From Candidatus Buchananbacteria bacterium (GTDB lineage Bacteria; Patescibacteriota; Patescibacteriia; CAIXNZ01): a stretch of DNA of 35,444 bases. Where the stretch lies: contig JAUVKC010000001.1 in NCBI GenBank assembly GCA_030592165.1, positions 1-35,444 on the forward strand. Reading direction: 5' to 3'. Positions 10,900 through 18,585 of this stretch are shown here, in pieces; positions within the stretch are counted from its first letter, which is position 1, and every line of letters begins with the position of its first letter. The notes beneath the pieces were generated by a model. That model did no database searches and was not told the DNA's origin. It saw nothing but the letters and a program-made list of their open reading frames with translations. A program made the position numbers and the translations under genes.

Positions 10900-12381
10900 A
10901 TGAAGAAAATCACAATCATAGCTATTGCTTTTTTAATATTAATCCCAGTGCTTGTTTTTGCTGATAATTCTGCTGCCGGTGGCGAAACAATTATTGAAGA
11001 TCCTGTAGCTCATGAAGAAACTGTTACAGATCCACAAACGCAAGAACATGAAGAGATAGCTACTGATGAAAAAACTGAAGAAGAACATGGTGGCGGACAT
11101 GCTGCTTTTGCTATTGTTTTTTTATTTTTAGCAATTATAATTATTGCTTCAAAAGTTGGAGGGCTAGTTGAAAAATTTGGTCAGCCGCCAGTTTTGGGTG
11201 AGTTACTTGTTGGTATTCTTTTAGGTAATATCGCTTTATTTGGTTGGGGGTTTTTTGATCAGATAAAACATAACGATTTTGTTGCTTTTCTTGCCGAACT
11301 AGGTGTTGTTATTTTACTTTTTCAGATAGGATTGGAAAGTAATATTTACAAAATGAAAAAAGTCGGGATTAAAGCTTTAATAGTAGCTATAATCGGGGTA
11401 GCTGTTCCTTTTGTTCTTGGTGCTTATATTGTTGGTCCTTATTTTTTTCCAGGACAGGATCCTAATATGTATTTATTTTTAGGCGCAACTTTGACAGCAA
11501 CTTCAGTAGGTATTACTGCTAGAGTGTTTAAAGATCTAAAAAAATTACAAACAAAAGAAGCTCAGATTGTTTTAGGTGCAGCTGTTTTTGATGATGTTTT
11601 TGGTTTATTAATTTTGGCTGTAGTATCAGCAATAGTCACTGTAGGTAGTGTTAGTCTAGGGCAGATCGGTATAATTTCCTTGAAAGCTGTTTTGTTTTTA
11701 GTTTTATCAATTGTTATAGGGTTATTGGTAGCACCGAGATTAGGTAAATTTTTCTCAAAAATACATACTGGCGCAGGTATGAAGATTGGTTTAGCTTTAG
11801 CTTTTTGTTTTTCCTTTGCTTATTTAGCGGCCTTGGTTGGCTTAGCGCCGATAGTTGGTGCGTTTGCAGCTGGATTAGTTTTAGACCCTGTACATTTCAA
11901 ATGGTTTAAAAGTCCAAAATTTGTTCGACGGTTAGTAAAAATTAATGAAAAGAGTCAGGATACTGAGGTTAAAGAACAATTAGATTCAGAGATTAAACAT
12001 TTTAGGCATTCACATGTAGAGGAATTAGTTGAAAGTATCGCTCATTTTCTTGTACCTATATTTTTTGTTTATACTGGTATGCAAGTTGATATAACAACTT
12101 TTGCTGATCCTAAAATATTAATTTTAGCCTTGATTTTAACAATTGCTGCTTTTCTTGGTAAAATTGTTGCTGGACTTGGTGCTGGTAAAGGAGTCAATAA
12201 ATGGATTATTGGTATTGGTATGATCCCTCGTGGTGAAGTTGGTTTGATTTTTGCTTCTGTTGGTTTGGCTTTAGGTGTTGTTACTCCTTCTATATATTCT
12301 GTGATTATTATTATGGTAATAATAACGACACTTCTTCCGCCGCCAATTTTATCATGGTTATTGAAAAAACAAGATATGTAA
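10900..12381 (+). CDS. Cation:proton antiporter (CPA2/Kef-NapA-like Na+/H+ exchanger family) with signal peptide and acidic His-rich N-terminal extension
   Basis: About 12 TM helices with patterns typical of the Na_H_Exchanger family ('PPVLGELLVGILLGN', 'GLESN', 'AAVFDDVFGLLILAV', 'IPRGEVGLIFA'). Starts 10 nt after atpC. Confidence 0.85.
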   Translation: MKKITIIAIAFLILIPVLVFADNSAAGGETIIEDPVAHEETVTDPQTQEHEEIATDEKTEEEHGGGHAAFAIVFLFLAIIIIASKVGGLVEKFGQPPVLGELLVGILLGNIALFGWGFFDQIKHNDFVAFLAELGVVILLFQIGLESNIYKMKKVGIKALIVAIIGVAVPFVLGAYIVGPYFFPGQDPNMYLFLGATLTATSVGITARVFKDLKKLQTKEAQIVLGAAVFDDVFGLLILAVVSAIVTVGSVSLGQIGIISLKAVLFLVLSIVIGLLVAPRLGKFFSKIHTGAGMKIGLALAFCFSFAYLAALVGLAPIVGAFAAGLVLDPVHFKWFKSPKFVRRLVKINEKSQDTEVKEQLDSEIKHFRHSHVEELVESIAHFLVPIFFVYTGMQVDITTFADPKILILALILTIAAFLGKIVAGLGAGKGVNKWIIGIGMIPRGEVGLIFASVGLALGVVTPSIYSVIIIMVIITTLLPPPILSWLLKKQDM

Positions 12382-12391
12382 ATTTTTTTAT

Positions 12392-12419
12392 TTGACTTAG
12401 CTAGTTTTTTTGATATTTT
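12392..12419 (+). promoter_or_regulatory. Candidate sigma70-type promoter with extended -10
   Basis: TTGACT (12392-12397), 16-nt spacer ending in TGa, then TATTTT (12414-12419). It lies just after the antiporter stop. Confidence 0.4.
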
Positions 12420-12553
12420 ATATTTAAATAAAATAAATAAAGGAGGATGTAACCGACACTGTTTTAGCACACCGGCCAAAAGTACAAACCCAATTATTAT
12501 ATGTTTTATGCCAGCCAATTAGTAAAAACGGTGGCAGGGAAAGATATACATTT

Positions 12554-12742
12554 GTGTTTGAAGGTGGATTTTACTCCGCAATGTCAATTTATCATGATTT
12601 AGACTATTTGCAGAAATGGCTTAAATCTGGCGAAAAAATTGCAGAAGTAAGATTTGTAACCACGAAAAATTTTAAACAAGTCAGCGCTTTTGATGAATAT
12701 GAATTTATTTGCTGGCATAACCTAGAAAGCGTTTCATCCTGA
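12554..12742 (+). CDS. Hypothetical small protein (62 aa from a GTG start); coding status uncertain
   Basis: The ORF composition looks protein-like and its stop sits in the loop of a good terminator. There is no convincing SD or ATG start, so it may instead be part of a ~330-nt non-coding or dual-function transcript. Confidence 0.3.
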   Translation: MFEGGFYSAMSIYHDLDYLQKWLKSGEKIAEVRFVTTKNFKQVSAFDEYEFICWHNLESVSS

Positions 12743-12757
12743 ATGAAGCGCTTTTTA
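12728..12757 (+). terminator. Rho-independent terminator
   Basis: AGCGTTTCAT-CCTGA-ATGAAGCGCT gives a 10-bp stem with one G-U pair, followed by TTTTT. Confidence 0.7.
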
Positions 12758-12797
12758 TATTTACTTATTAATGGTTTTGAGCTAAAATTAAGGTGAT

Positions 12798-13556
12798 ATG
12801 GAGAAATTTACTATAAAAAATCGTCATGGTTTAAAGATTGTGACCCAATTGGAAAAAGCTGATCAGCCTGCTGGTCTAGCCATTATTTTGCATGGATTAG
12901 GCGGATTTAAAGATCAAGACCATATTGAAGTTTTTGCTCAGTCTTTTAAGGATGCAAATTATACTGTGTTGCGTTATGACGCTACACATTCTTTTGGTGA
13001 AAGTGAAGGGGAGTATAAAGAAGCTACTACAAGCGGATATTATGATGACTTAGAAGATGTAATTGATTGGGCAAAAGATCAGGATTGGTATATTGAACCA
13101 TTTGTTTTGGTTGGACATAGTCTTGGTGGAATTTCAATACTTTTATATGCTGAAAAGTATCCTGATAAAGTTAAAGCCTTAGCCCCCATTTCTACAGTTG
13201 TTTCTGGTGAGTTAATGAAACAAGCTTATGGTGATCAATTAGAGACATGGCAAGAAAAAGGTTTTATTGAAAGACCGTCAGTGTCTAAACCCGGAGAGAT
13301 TAAGATATTAAATTGGAGTTTTGTAGAAGATTTAAAGAATATTGATACCTTTTCTGAAGTAGATAAATTAACTATGCCCGTCTTACTAATTGTTGGTAAT
13401 GTAGATAAATACAAACCCCATTCAAAAATTTTATATGATAAATTACCTGGTCAAAAAGAAATACATATTATAAAGAATGCTCCTCACACTTTTAGAGAAA
13501 AAGAACATTTATACGAGATTAAACAAATATTTGATAAGTGGATTAAGAAATTATGA
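12798..13556 (+). CDS. Alpha/beta-fold hydrolase (serine esterase/lipase-like)
   Basis: Nucleophile elbow 'GHSLGG', oxyanion-region 'ILHGLGG' and a C-terminal 'APHTF' His. SD 'AAGGTGAT' upstream. Confidence 0.85.
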   Translation: MEKFTIKNRHGLKIVTQLEKADQPAGLAIILHGLGGFKDQDHIEVFAQSFKDANYTVLRYDATHSFGESEGEYKEATTSGYYDDLEDVIDWAKDQDWYIEPFVLVGHSLGGISILLYAEKYPDKVKALAPISTVVSGELMKQAYGDQLETWQEKGFIERPSVSKPGEIKILNWSFVEDLKNIDTFSEVDKLTMPVLLIVGNVDKYKPHSKILYDKLPGQKEIHIIKNAPHTFREKEHLYEIKQIFDKWIKKL

Positions 13557-14623
13557 ATAAATACAAAGAACGTTATAAAGCAATAAAATTTCCCCAAGAT
13601 GAACAAAAGCATGATCATGTGATTGAGTGGTGGTATTTTAATGGTAATTTAAAAACAAAAGATGGTCGCTCTTTTTCATACATGAATACTTTATTTTCAG
13701 CAAAACCAAAACAAGTGAAAATACCTTTTTTAAGTAAAATACCTTTAAAAAATTTATATTTTTCTCATTCATTACTGAGTGACAATAATAAAAATAAATT
13801 TTGGCATAAAGTAAACCCAATTTGCTTACTTGATCCAAACAGCTTTACCAAACCATTATTGTGGGCACATTATGATAACGCTTGTTTAATAGAGGAGACA
13901 AGCTTGTTTAATTATCATTTGGTGAATAGGTTTGTTGATTTGAAAATGTCTTTAGTTAAGAAACCTCTTTTATTAAATAAAAAAGGTTTTATAGATTTAA
14001 AAGTAAAAACTACATATTATTATTCTTTAACTCGCTTGGAAACTACTGGGTTGATTAAGGTGAATGATAAATGGTTGGAGGTCTCTGGTTTGTCTTGGAT
14101 GGATCACCAGTGGGCTCAAGGGCCTTTAATCCGTGGAGATAAATGGACTTGGTTCTCAATTCAGTTAGAGGACGGAACAGATATAGTTTGTTTTGTTTAT
14201 GGTGATAAAGAAAAAACTTTTCATGCCAGCTTGATTGATAAAAATAATAGAACAAAATTTACTGATAATGTAGTTTTTAAAACTACTAATAACAAATACA
14301 CTAGTAAAGAAACAGGTTCTGAATATCAATTGGGTTATGAAATTATTATTCCAGACTGGGATGTGAATTTACAGGTTGAACCATTTAATAAAAAACAGGA
14401 AATGGTTTTTGGGACAATTAATTATTGGGAAGGTGGTATGAAAGTAGCGGGCGTGATTAAAAATAAAAAAGTTAAAGGCGATGGATTTATGGAGCTTGTT
14501 GGTTCACCGATGAAAAAAAGTGTTTTTAATGTGTATTTAAAAAAGTTTCGTCAAGAACTTTCAAATCAACCCTGGCAAAGATTAGGTCAGGGAATTAATG
14601 AAAAATTCAAACCATATAAATAG
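13553..14623 (+). CDS. AttH/CrtC-like (lipocalin-like hydratase-fold) protein
   Basis: 'HVIEWWYFNGNL...DGRSFSY' and 'GLSWMDHQWA' match the hallmark EWWY and W.DHQW motifs of the CrtC/AttH family. The ATGA overlap couples it to the hydrolase gene. Confidence 0.75.
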   Translation: MNKYKERYKAIKFPQDEQKHDHVIEWWYFNGNLKTKDGRSFSYMNTLFSAKPKQVKIPFLSKIPLKNLYFSHSLLSDNNKNKFWHKVNPICLLDPNSFTKPLLWAHYDNACLIEETSLFNYHLVNRFVDLKMSLVKKPLLLNKKGFIDLKVKTTYYYSLTRLETTGLIKVNDKWLEVSGLSWMDHQWAQGPLIRGDKWTWFSIQLEDGTDIVCFVYGDKEKTFHASLIDKNNRTKFTDNVVFKTTNNKYTSKETGSEYQLGYEIIIPDWDVNLQVEPFNKKQEMVFGTINYWEGGMKVAGVIKNKKVKGDGFMELVGSPMKKSVFNVYLKKFRQELSNQPWQRLGQGINEKFKPYK

Positions 14624-14707
14624 TCCTTCTTCGCTCCTGTTAGTTTGAATTAAATATACTTGATGTATTATTTATCTGGTCGGAGCTACGAAGGACAAGG
14701 AGGAGAA

Positions 14708-14824
14708 ATGAAAGTAGGGGTTTATGACGAGTTTTTTGAGAGAATGGTATTATTAGCCCGCAGGTTTTGGTTGCCATTAGTGATTGCTGGATTTTTTCAT
14801 TTTATGATTTTATATTGTTGTTAA
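14708..14824 (+). CDS. 38-aa hydrophobic peptide (MKVGVYDEFFERMVLLARRFWLPLVIAGFFHFMILYCC), absent from the supplied ORF track
   Basis: Strong SD AAGGAGGAG (14697-14705) precedes the ATG at 14708. There is one predicted TM helix, the TAA stop is at 14822-14824, and a terminator hairpin starts 6 nt later. Confidence 0.45.
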   Translation: MKVGVYDEFFERMVLLARRFWLPLVIAGFFHFMILYCC

Positions 14825-14862
14825 AAGAAAAGCCGCTTCGTAAAGAAGCGGCTTATTTTTTA
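14823..14862. terminator. Bidirectional rho-independent terminator
   Basis: AAGCCGCTTC-GTAAA-GAAGCGGCTT gives a perfect 10-bp stem (14830-14854). It is flanked by an A-run (AAAAGAAAA) on one side and a T-run (ATTTTTTATTT) on the other. Confidence 0.75.
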
Positions 14863-15121
14863 TTTGGGTATTATAGACGTGATTGCTAAATGTTGATTAC
14901 CCCAATAGACTTAGTATATTTTTAACTATCAATTGATAGTATTATTTTTATGACCGGACACCACAGAAGTGGTGCCCGGTCAATAAGGATGAAAAGTGGC
15001 AATGTGGTAACATGACATTGCCATCGTGGGAAATATTGCAAACTGTTCTTATTAAACAGTAATTTATCTGGCGCCACTTGGTGGCGCCAGAACCATAAGG
15101 GGGACGATTGATGTGGACCTT
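14826..15121 (-). ncRNA. Candidate structured ncRNA of unknown class (core 14952-15121; possible 3' extension to the bidirectional terminator)
   Basis: A GC-rich island in an AT-rich spacer carries four strong hairpins. They are 15068-15090 (10 bp), 15042-15060 (6 bp), 14997-15023 (9 bp) and 14952-14981 (13 bp). The single non-Watson-Crick pair in the 13-bp stem is G-U on the minus strand but A-C on the plus strand. A promoter lies upstream on the minus strand and a terminator downstream. Confidence 0.4.
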
Positions 15122-15126
15122 TGACT

Positions 15127-15155
15127 ATGGTATCAAAATATATCTTTTTTGTCAA
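15127..15155 (-). promoter_or_regulatory. Candidate promoter for the minus-strand RNA
   Basis: On the minus strand: TTGACA (15155-15150), 17-nt spacer ending in TGA (extended -10), then TACCAT (15132-15127). Confidence 0.45.
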
Positions 15156-15267
15156 GTGACTGTTATGTTTTACAACGATTTGTAATGAAATAATTACCTG
15201 ATACGTTATAATTATATTGCTAACTCTTGCAAAATTTATTGATGTATGTTATTATTAGATATTATTT

Positions 15268-16428
15268 ATGAAAACAAAAAAAAATAGAAAGATAGTCCTT
15301 ATTTTACGAATAGCAATAATTGTCTTGTTAGCTTTTTATGGATTTTTGATTCTTAAGGATCCAAAAGTAAAAGATTATTTACAATCAGAGCTTGCAAATA
15401 TTACTGGTGATAAAATTCAAATAAGTTCAGAAAAACAATTGTTGGTTGATTACTTTAATGAATTTTTTAATGTATATAATGAGAAAGATTTCGCTAAATT
15501 AGAAAGATTTTTAGACAATGAAATGGTTCAGTATGTCGGTCTTTCTGAAACAACCTCTACTAAAGTAATAAATAATTTGACTGATTTTTTTGAAAATAAA
15601 GATTATGTTAATTATAAAGCTAATTTTCTTGATTTGAAATATGGAAGAGAAATTGGTTCATATAATATCGAAATCCCAATGACAATTTCTTGGGGTTGGC
15701 AAGAATATGACGAAAAAACTGAATTGAGTTATGCTTATGATAGAGTAGTTGAGGTGATCGCAAAAATTAAATTAAATGAAAATAATAAGATAACAGAGTA
15801 TCATGAAACTAAGGTAATTATACCAAAATTAAAATTATTAAAAGATTTAAGATTAACTGATGATATTATTTTGCAACAAGATACAATAGTTGAAAGTGAA
15901 TTTGTTACAAGAAGTATAGAAGTAGATCCTCCTAAAAGTGAAATGTATTGGCAAAAAATTACCTATAAAGATAAATCTTATTGGTTAGAATCTGGATATT
16001 TTGATAATGAAACAGATTCTATGGTTGATTATTTGCTTAAAATTGATGAAGAAAAAGAAGAATATGAATATTTAAAAAAGATTGAGAGTCCTGATTTAGT
16101 TTTTGAAAAAGGGCTTTTTAAAACAAATGATATCGGTTATGAAATAATGGAGTATAATAAAAAAATTACTGATGATAAATTTGAGATTGATGAATCGTTT
16201 AACTTGAGAATAAAAGCTCCTTATGATAAAAATACAATAATTGAAATGGGGTTGATTACAAGAATTGATGATCAATATTATTCTTTAGATATCTATGAGA
16301 AGGATGATGCTTGGCAACTTATTGAACCATATTATTTGAAAGCGAAATATCAAAAGTTTGATATTGTGTTTATTTTAAATGATGAGAGTAGATATTATAA
16401 TAGTTTTGATCTAGTGAAGTTTGATTAA
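15268..16428 (+). CDS. Hypothetical membrane-anchored protein (N-terminal TM helix, extracytoplasmic body)
   Basis: 386-aa ORF with a 'KKNRKIVLILRIAIIVLLAFYGFLIL' signal anchor. No family recognised; the first ~120 aa may be NTF2-like. Confidence 0.7.
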   Translation: MKTKKNRKIVLILRIAIIVLLAFYGFLILKDPKVKDYLQSELANITGDKIQISSEKQLLVDYFNEFFNVYNEKDFAKLERFLDNEMVQYVGLSETTSTKVINNLTDFFENKDYVNYKANFLDLKYGREIGSYNIEIPMTISWGWQEYDEKTELSYAYDRVVEVIAKIKLNENNKITEYHETKVIIPKLKLLKDLRLTDDIILQQDTIVESEFVTRSIEVDPPKSEMYWQKITYKDKSYWLESGYFDNETDSMVDYLLKIDEEKEEYEYLKKIESPDLVFEKGLFKTNDIGYEIMEYNKKITDDKFEIDESFNLRIKAPYDKNTIIEMGLITRIDDQYYSLDIYEKDDAWQLIEPYYLKAKYQKFDIVFILNDESRYYNSFDLVKFD

Positions 16429-16501
16429 GTTTTATGTAATATTTTTTTAAATACAGCGTTGTATATATAAGTAACATTTTTATTAAATAATAATAATTTA
16501 T

Positions 16502-18571
16502 ATGAGAACAAAAATTACATCTCTAATCATTTTATCAATGGTAATTAGTTTGTTATTTCCAACTGGTTTTGTTTCTGCTGCTTCACTAACAAGCAATGAC
16601 ATATATAAATATACGCCTGGGCAGATAATTGTAAAATTCAGGATAGGTCAAACACCTTTAGATTTAGCTGTGTTAACTGCCGGACAAAGCTTTGTCGGTA
16701 ACCTGGATTTTTCAGGTGAAACAAAAAAAGAGCTATATATGACAGGGCTTTATGAGTTTACGGTTCCTTCCTTAGCATCAAAAAGTGAACCTTTTATTAA
16801 GAGAGCAAAAATTATGATTGATAAACGCCCAGGAGCAAATCGATTTTTTGTCAGAACAAAAGATTTTGGTATTGTTTATGTTTATGTTGATGGTCTTCAA
16901 TATGCTGTAGATTCTTATACTGCAGAGCTTTTAGATTATTTAAATGCTCAGCCAGAGATAGAATATGCAAATGTTGATTATAGCTATGAAGCGTTAATTC
17001 CAATTGATTCAGATGGCAATTCAAGTCCCCAGATTATTCCTGAAGGAGTTTTGGAAATTTCAGAGGTGGAAGCTCTTGGTTTTAATTTAAAATCTAATCC
17101 GGCCTGTACTTTTGCAGTAAATGGAACTGGCTTGACTGGAGATATTGCTATTACTGACAATGAAGATGGGCAAGGTGACGGTCAAATAAATCAATATGAT
17201 GTAGAGGCACTTAGAAAAATGCTTTCAATGAAAATACCTTCTTCAATTTGTGCTGATTTTGATCAGGACACCATTGTTAGTTCATCTGATTATTCTATGA
17301 CTTTGCTAATGATTAATGAATTAAATAAAATAAGGATAGAAAGTCCTGCTAATACTACTCAAGAAGATCCATATTTATGTGTTGCAGGTGATTATGATTA
17401 TGATATGACGTTAAATAATCAGGATTTAGAAAATGTGTTTCAAGTTTTAAATCAAAATGAAGATTTTAGATTTAGTGCTGATTATAATGGAGATCAAAAG
17501 ATTACAGTCAATGATTATTTAATGATGAAAGTTGCTTTAACGAAAACTGGCGGAACAGTTTTTTATACTCCTAGTAATCAAGAATCGTGTAGTTTTCCGC
17601 GTGGAATTATGGTTCTTGGTGATGAAATAGAAATTGAAAATAATTCAGGTGCAGTTGTATATGATCAAGATATTTATGGAGATAAATTAGTTTGGAATGA
17701 TAATGAGGCTGGTAAATATCAAATTTATGAATATGATTTTGCAACTAGTCAAACTAATTTAGTATCAAATAATTTAAGTAGCCAATTTCAGTATAAACCA
17801 GCTGTTTCACAGGATAAGATTGTTTGGTCAGATGGTAGAAATGCTGCTGCAAATATATACATGTACGACATTAATACTGGTCTTGAAACTCAAGTTGGGT
17901 TTGATAAACCAGCTTTAAGTGGTCAATGGCTTCCAGATGTTGATGGTAACTATGTTGTCTGGGTTGAGGATATAGCTGGTCAAAATTTTAGTTCACAGTA
18001 CCTACCAGCTCATAGCGAGGTATATTTGTATGATATAAATACAGGCTTAAGTGGTCAGCTTAGTCCTAATTTATCTGGACCAACCACTCCTAAAGTTTAT
18101 GGAAATAATGTTATTTTCACTGATTTTAATCCTAATACAGGCAAAAGTGATTTGTATTATCATAATATAAATGCTCAATCAGGATTATCAGGTCAGTCTG
18201 TCCCATTACTTACGAATTTATCAGGTTACGCGTCACCAGATTTATATGGTAGTAATGTTGTTTGGGATGTAAATTCAGGTGTATATTTTTACGACTTGAA
18301 TTTAAGTGGACAAAGTAAAAGATTAGCAGATTATCCTTATAGTTCGGAATATCAGTCAGATATTTATAACGATTACGTTGTCTACGCAGGCACAAAAATG
18401 TATAATGAAGATATATTTTTATATGATTTGACTACTGATCGGAATTATCAAATTACTACAAATTTAAGCAATCAATTTAATCCAGTAATTTATGGTGATA
18501 AGATTATTTGGCAACATATTGGAGGATTTGCAGATTACAACTTATCGTATAGAACATTTTACATTTATTAA
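16502..18571 (+). CDS. Secreted protein: subtilase-prodomain-like N-terminal module, two dockerin-like modules, C-terminal beta-propeller repeats
   Basis: Signal peptide ('GFVSA-AS'). Four D-x-[DN]-x-D-x-x-[IL]-x-x-x-D calcium-loop repeats at ~17154-17545: 'GDGQINQYDVEAL', 'DFDQDTIVSSSDY', 'DYDYDMTLNNQDL' and 'DYNGDQKITVNDY'. At least seven repeats of the pattern 'Y/SGD/N-K/N-[IV]VW-D'. Confidence 0.8.
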   Translation: MRTKITSLIILSMVISLLFPTGFVSAASLTSNDIYKYTPGQIIVKFRIGQTPLDLAVLTAGQSFVGNLDFSGETKKELYMTGLYEFTVPSLASKSEPFIKRAKIMIDKRPGANRFFVRTKDFGIVYVYVDGLQYAVDSYTAELLDYLNAQPEIEYANVDYSYEALIPIDSDGNSSPQIIPEGVLEISEVEALGFNLKSNPACTFAVNGTGLTGDIAITDNEDGQGDGQINQYDVEALRKMLSMKIPSSICADFDQDTIVSSSDYSMTLLMINELNKIRIESPANTTQEDPYLCVAGDYDYDMTLNNQDLENVFQVLNQNEDFRFSADYNGDQKITVNDYLMMKVALTKTGGTVFYTPSNQESCSFPRGIMVLGDEIEIENNSGAVVYDQDIYGDKLVWNDNEAGKYQIYEYDFATSQTNLVSNNLSSQFQYKPAVSQDKIVWSDGRNAAANIYMYDINTGLETQVGFDKPALSGQWLPDVDGNYVVWVEDIAGQNFSSQYLPAHSEVYLYDINTGLSGQLSPNLSGPTTPKVYGNNVIFTDFNPNTGKSDLYYHNINAQSGLSGQSVPLLTNLSGYASPDLYGSNVVWDVNSGVYFYDLNLSGQSKRLADYPYSSEYQSDIYNDYVVYAGTKMYNEDIFLYDLTTDRNYQITTNLSNQFNPVIYGDKIIWQHIGGFADYNLSYRTFYIY

Positions 18572-18585
18572 AATAATTTAATTAA

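Noticed and set aside
10900-12381. Na+-coupled ATP synthase inferred from the adjacent cation/proton antiporter
   Set aside because: The c subunit lacks the Na+-ligand set: no Gln in helix 1 and no Ser/Thr after the helix-2 Glu. H+ coupling is the simpler reading, so adjacency alone is not evidence.
12447-12452. ATG-TAA start-stop mini-ORF directly after AGGAGG as a functional regulatory element
   Set aside because: There is zero spacing between the SD core and the ATG, which makes initiation unlikely. I keep it only as a note within the orphan transcription-unit finding.
12069-12518. 149-aa minus-strand ORF antisense to the antiporter 3' end
   Set aside because: It lies almost entirely inside a strongly supported + strand membrane-protein gene. 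Its composition is low-complexity (I/K/P runs), typical of antisense frames in AT-rich DNA.
14645-14671. Possible promoter (TTGAAT-15nt-TATTAT) for the 38-aa ORF inside the loop of the 14623/14696 inverted repeat
   Set aside because: The spacer is short (15 nt), and such hexamers are common by chance in AT-rich spacers. It is not strong enough to annotate.
15100-15130. Plus-strand 'GGGGGACGATTGATGTGGACCTTTGAC' resembles the 5' end of tmRNA (GGGG..G....GGATTCGAC)
   Set aside because: No T-arm (GGTTCGA), CCA end or tag reading frame follows. A ~350-nt tmRNA would run into the well-supported CDS starting at 15268. The hairpin wobble evidence also favours the opposite strand.
14922-15155. 77-aa minus-strand ORF from the ORF track (MTKKIYFDTIVKGPHQSSPLWFWRHQ...)
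   Set aside because: It starts at a TTG that is better explained as the -35 TTGACA, and it has no SD. The W/C/P/H-rich composition is unlike the other proteins here. The ORF is spanned by four GC-rich perfect hairpins. I interpret the region as a structured RNA instead.
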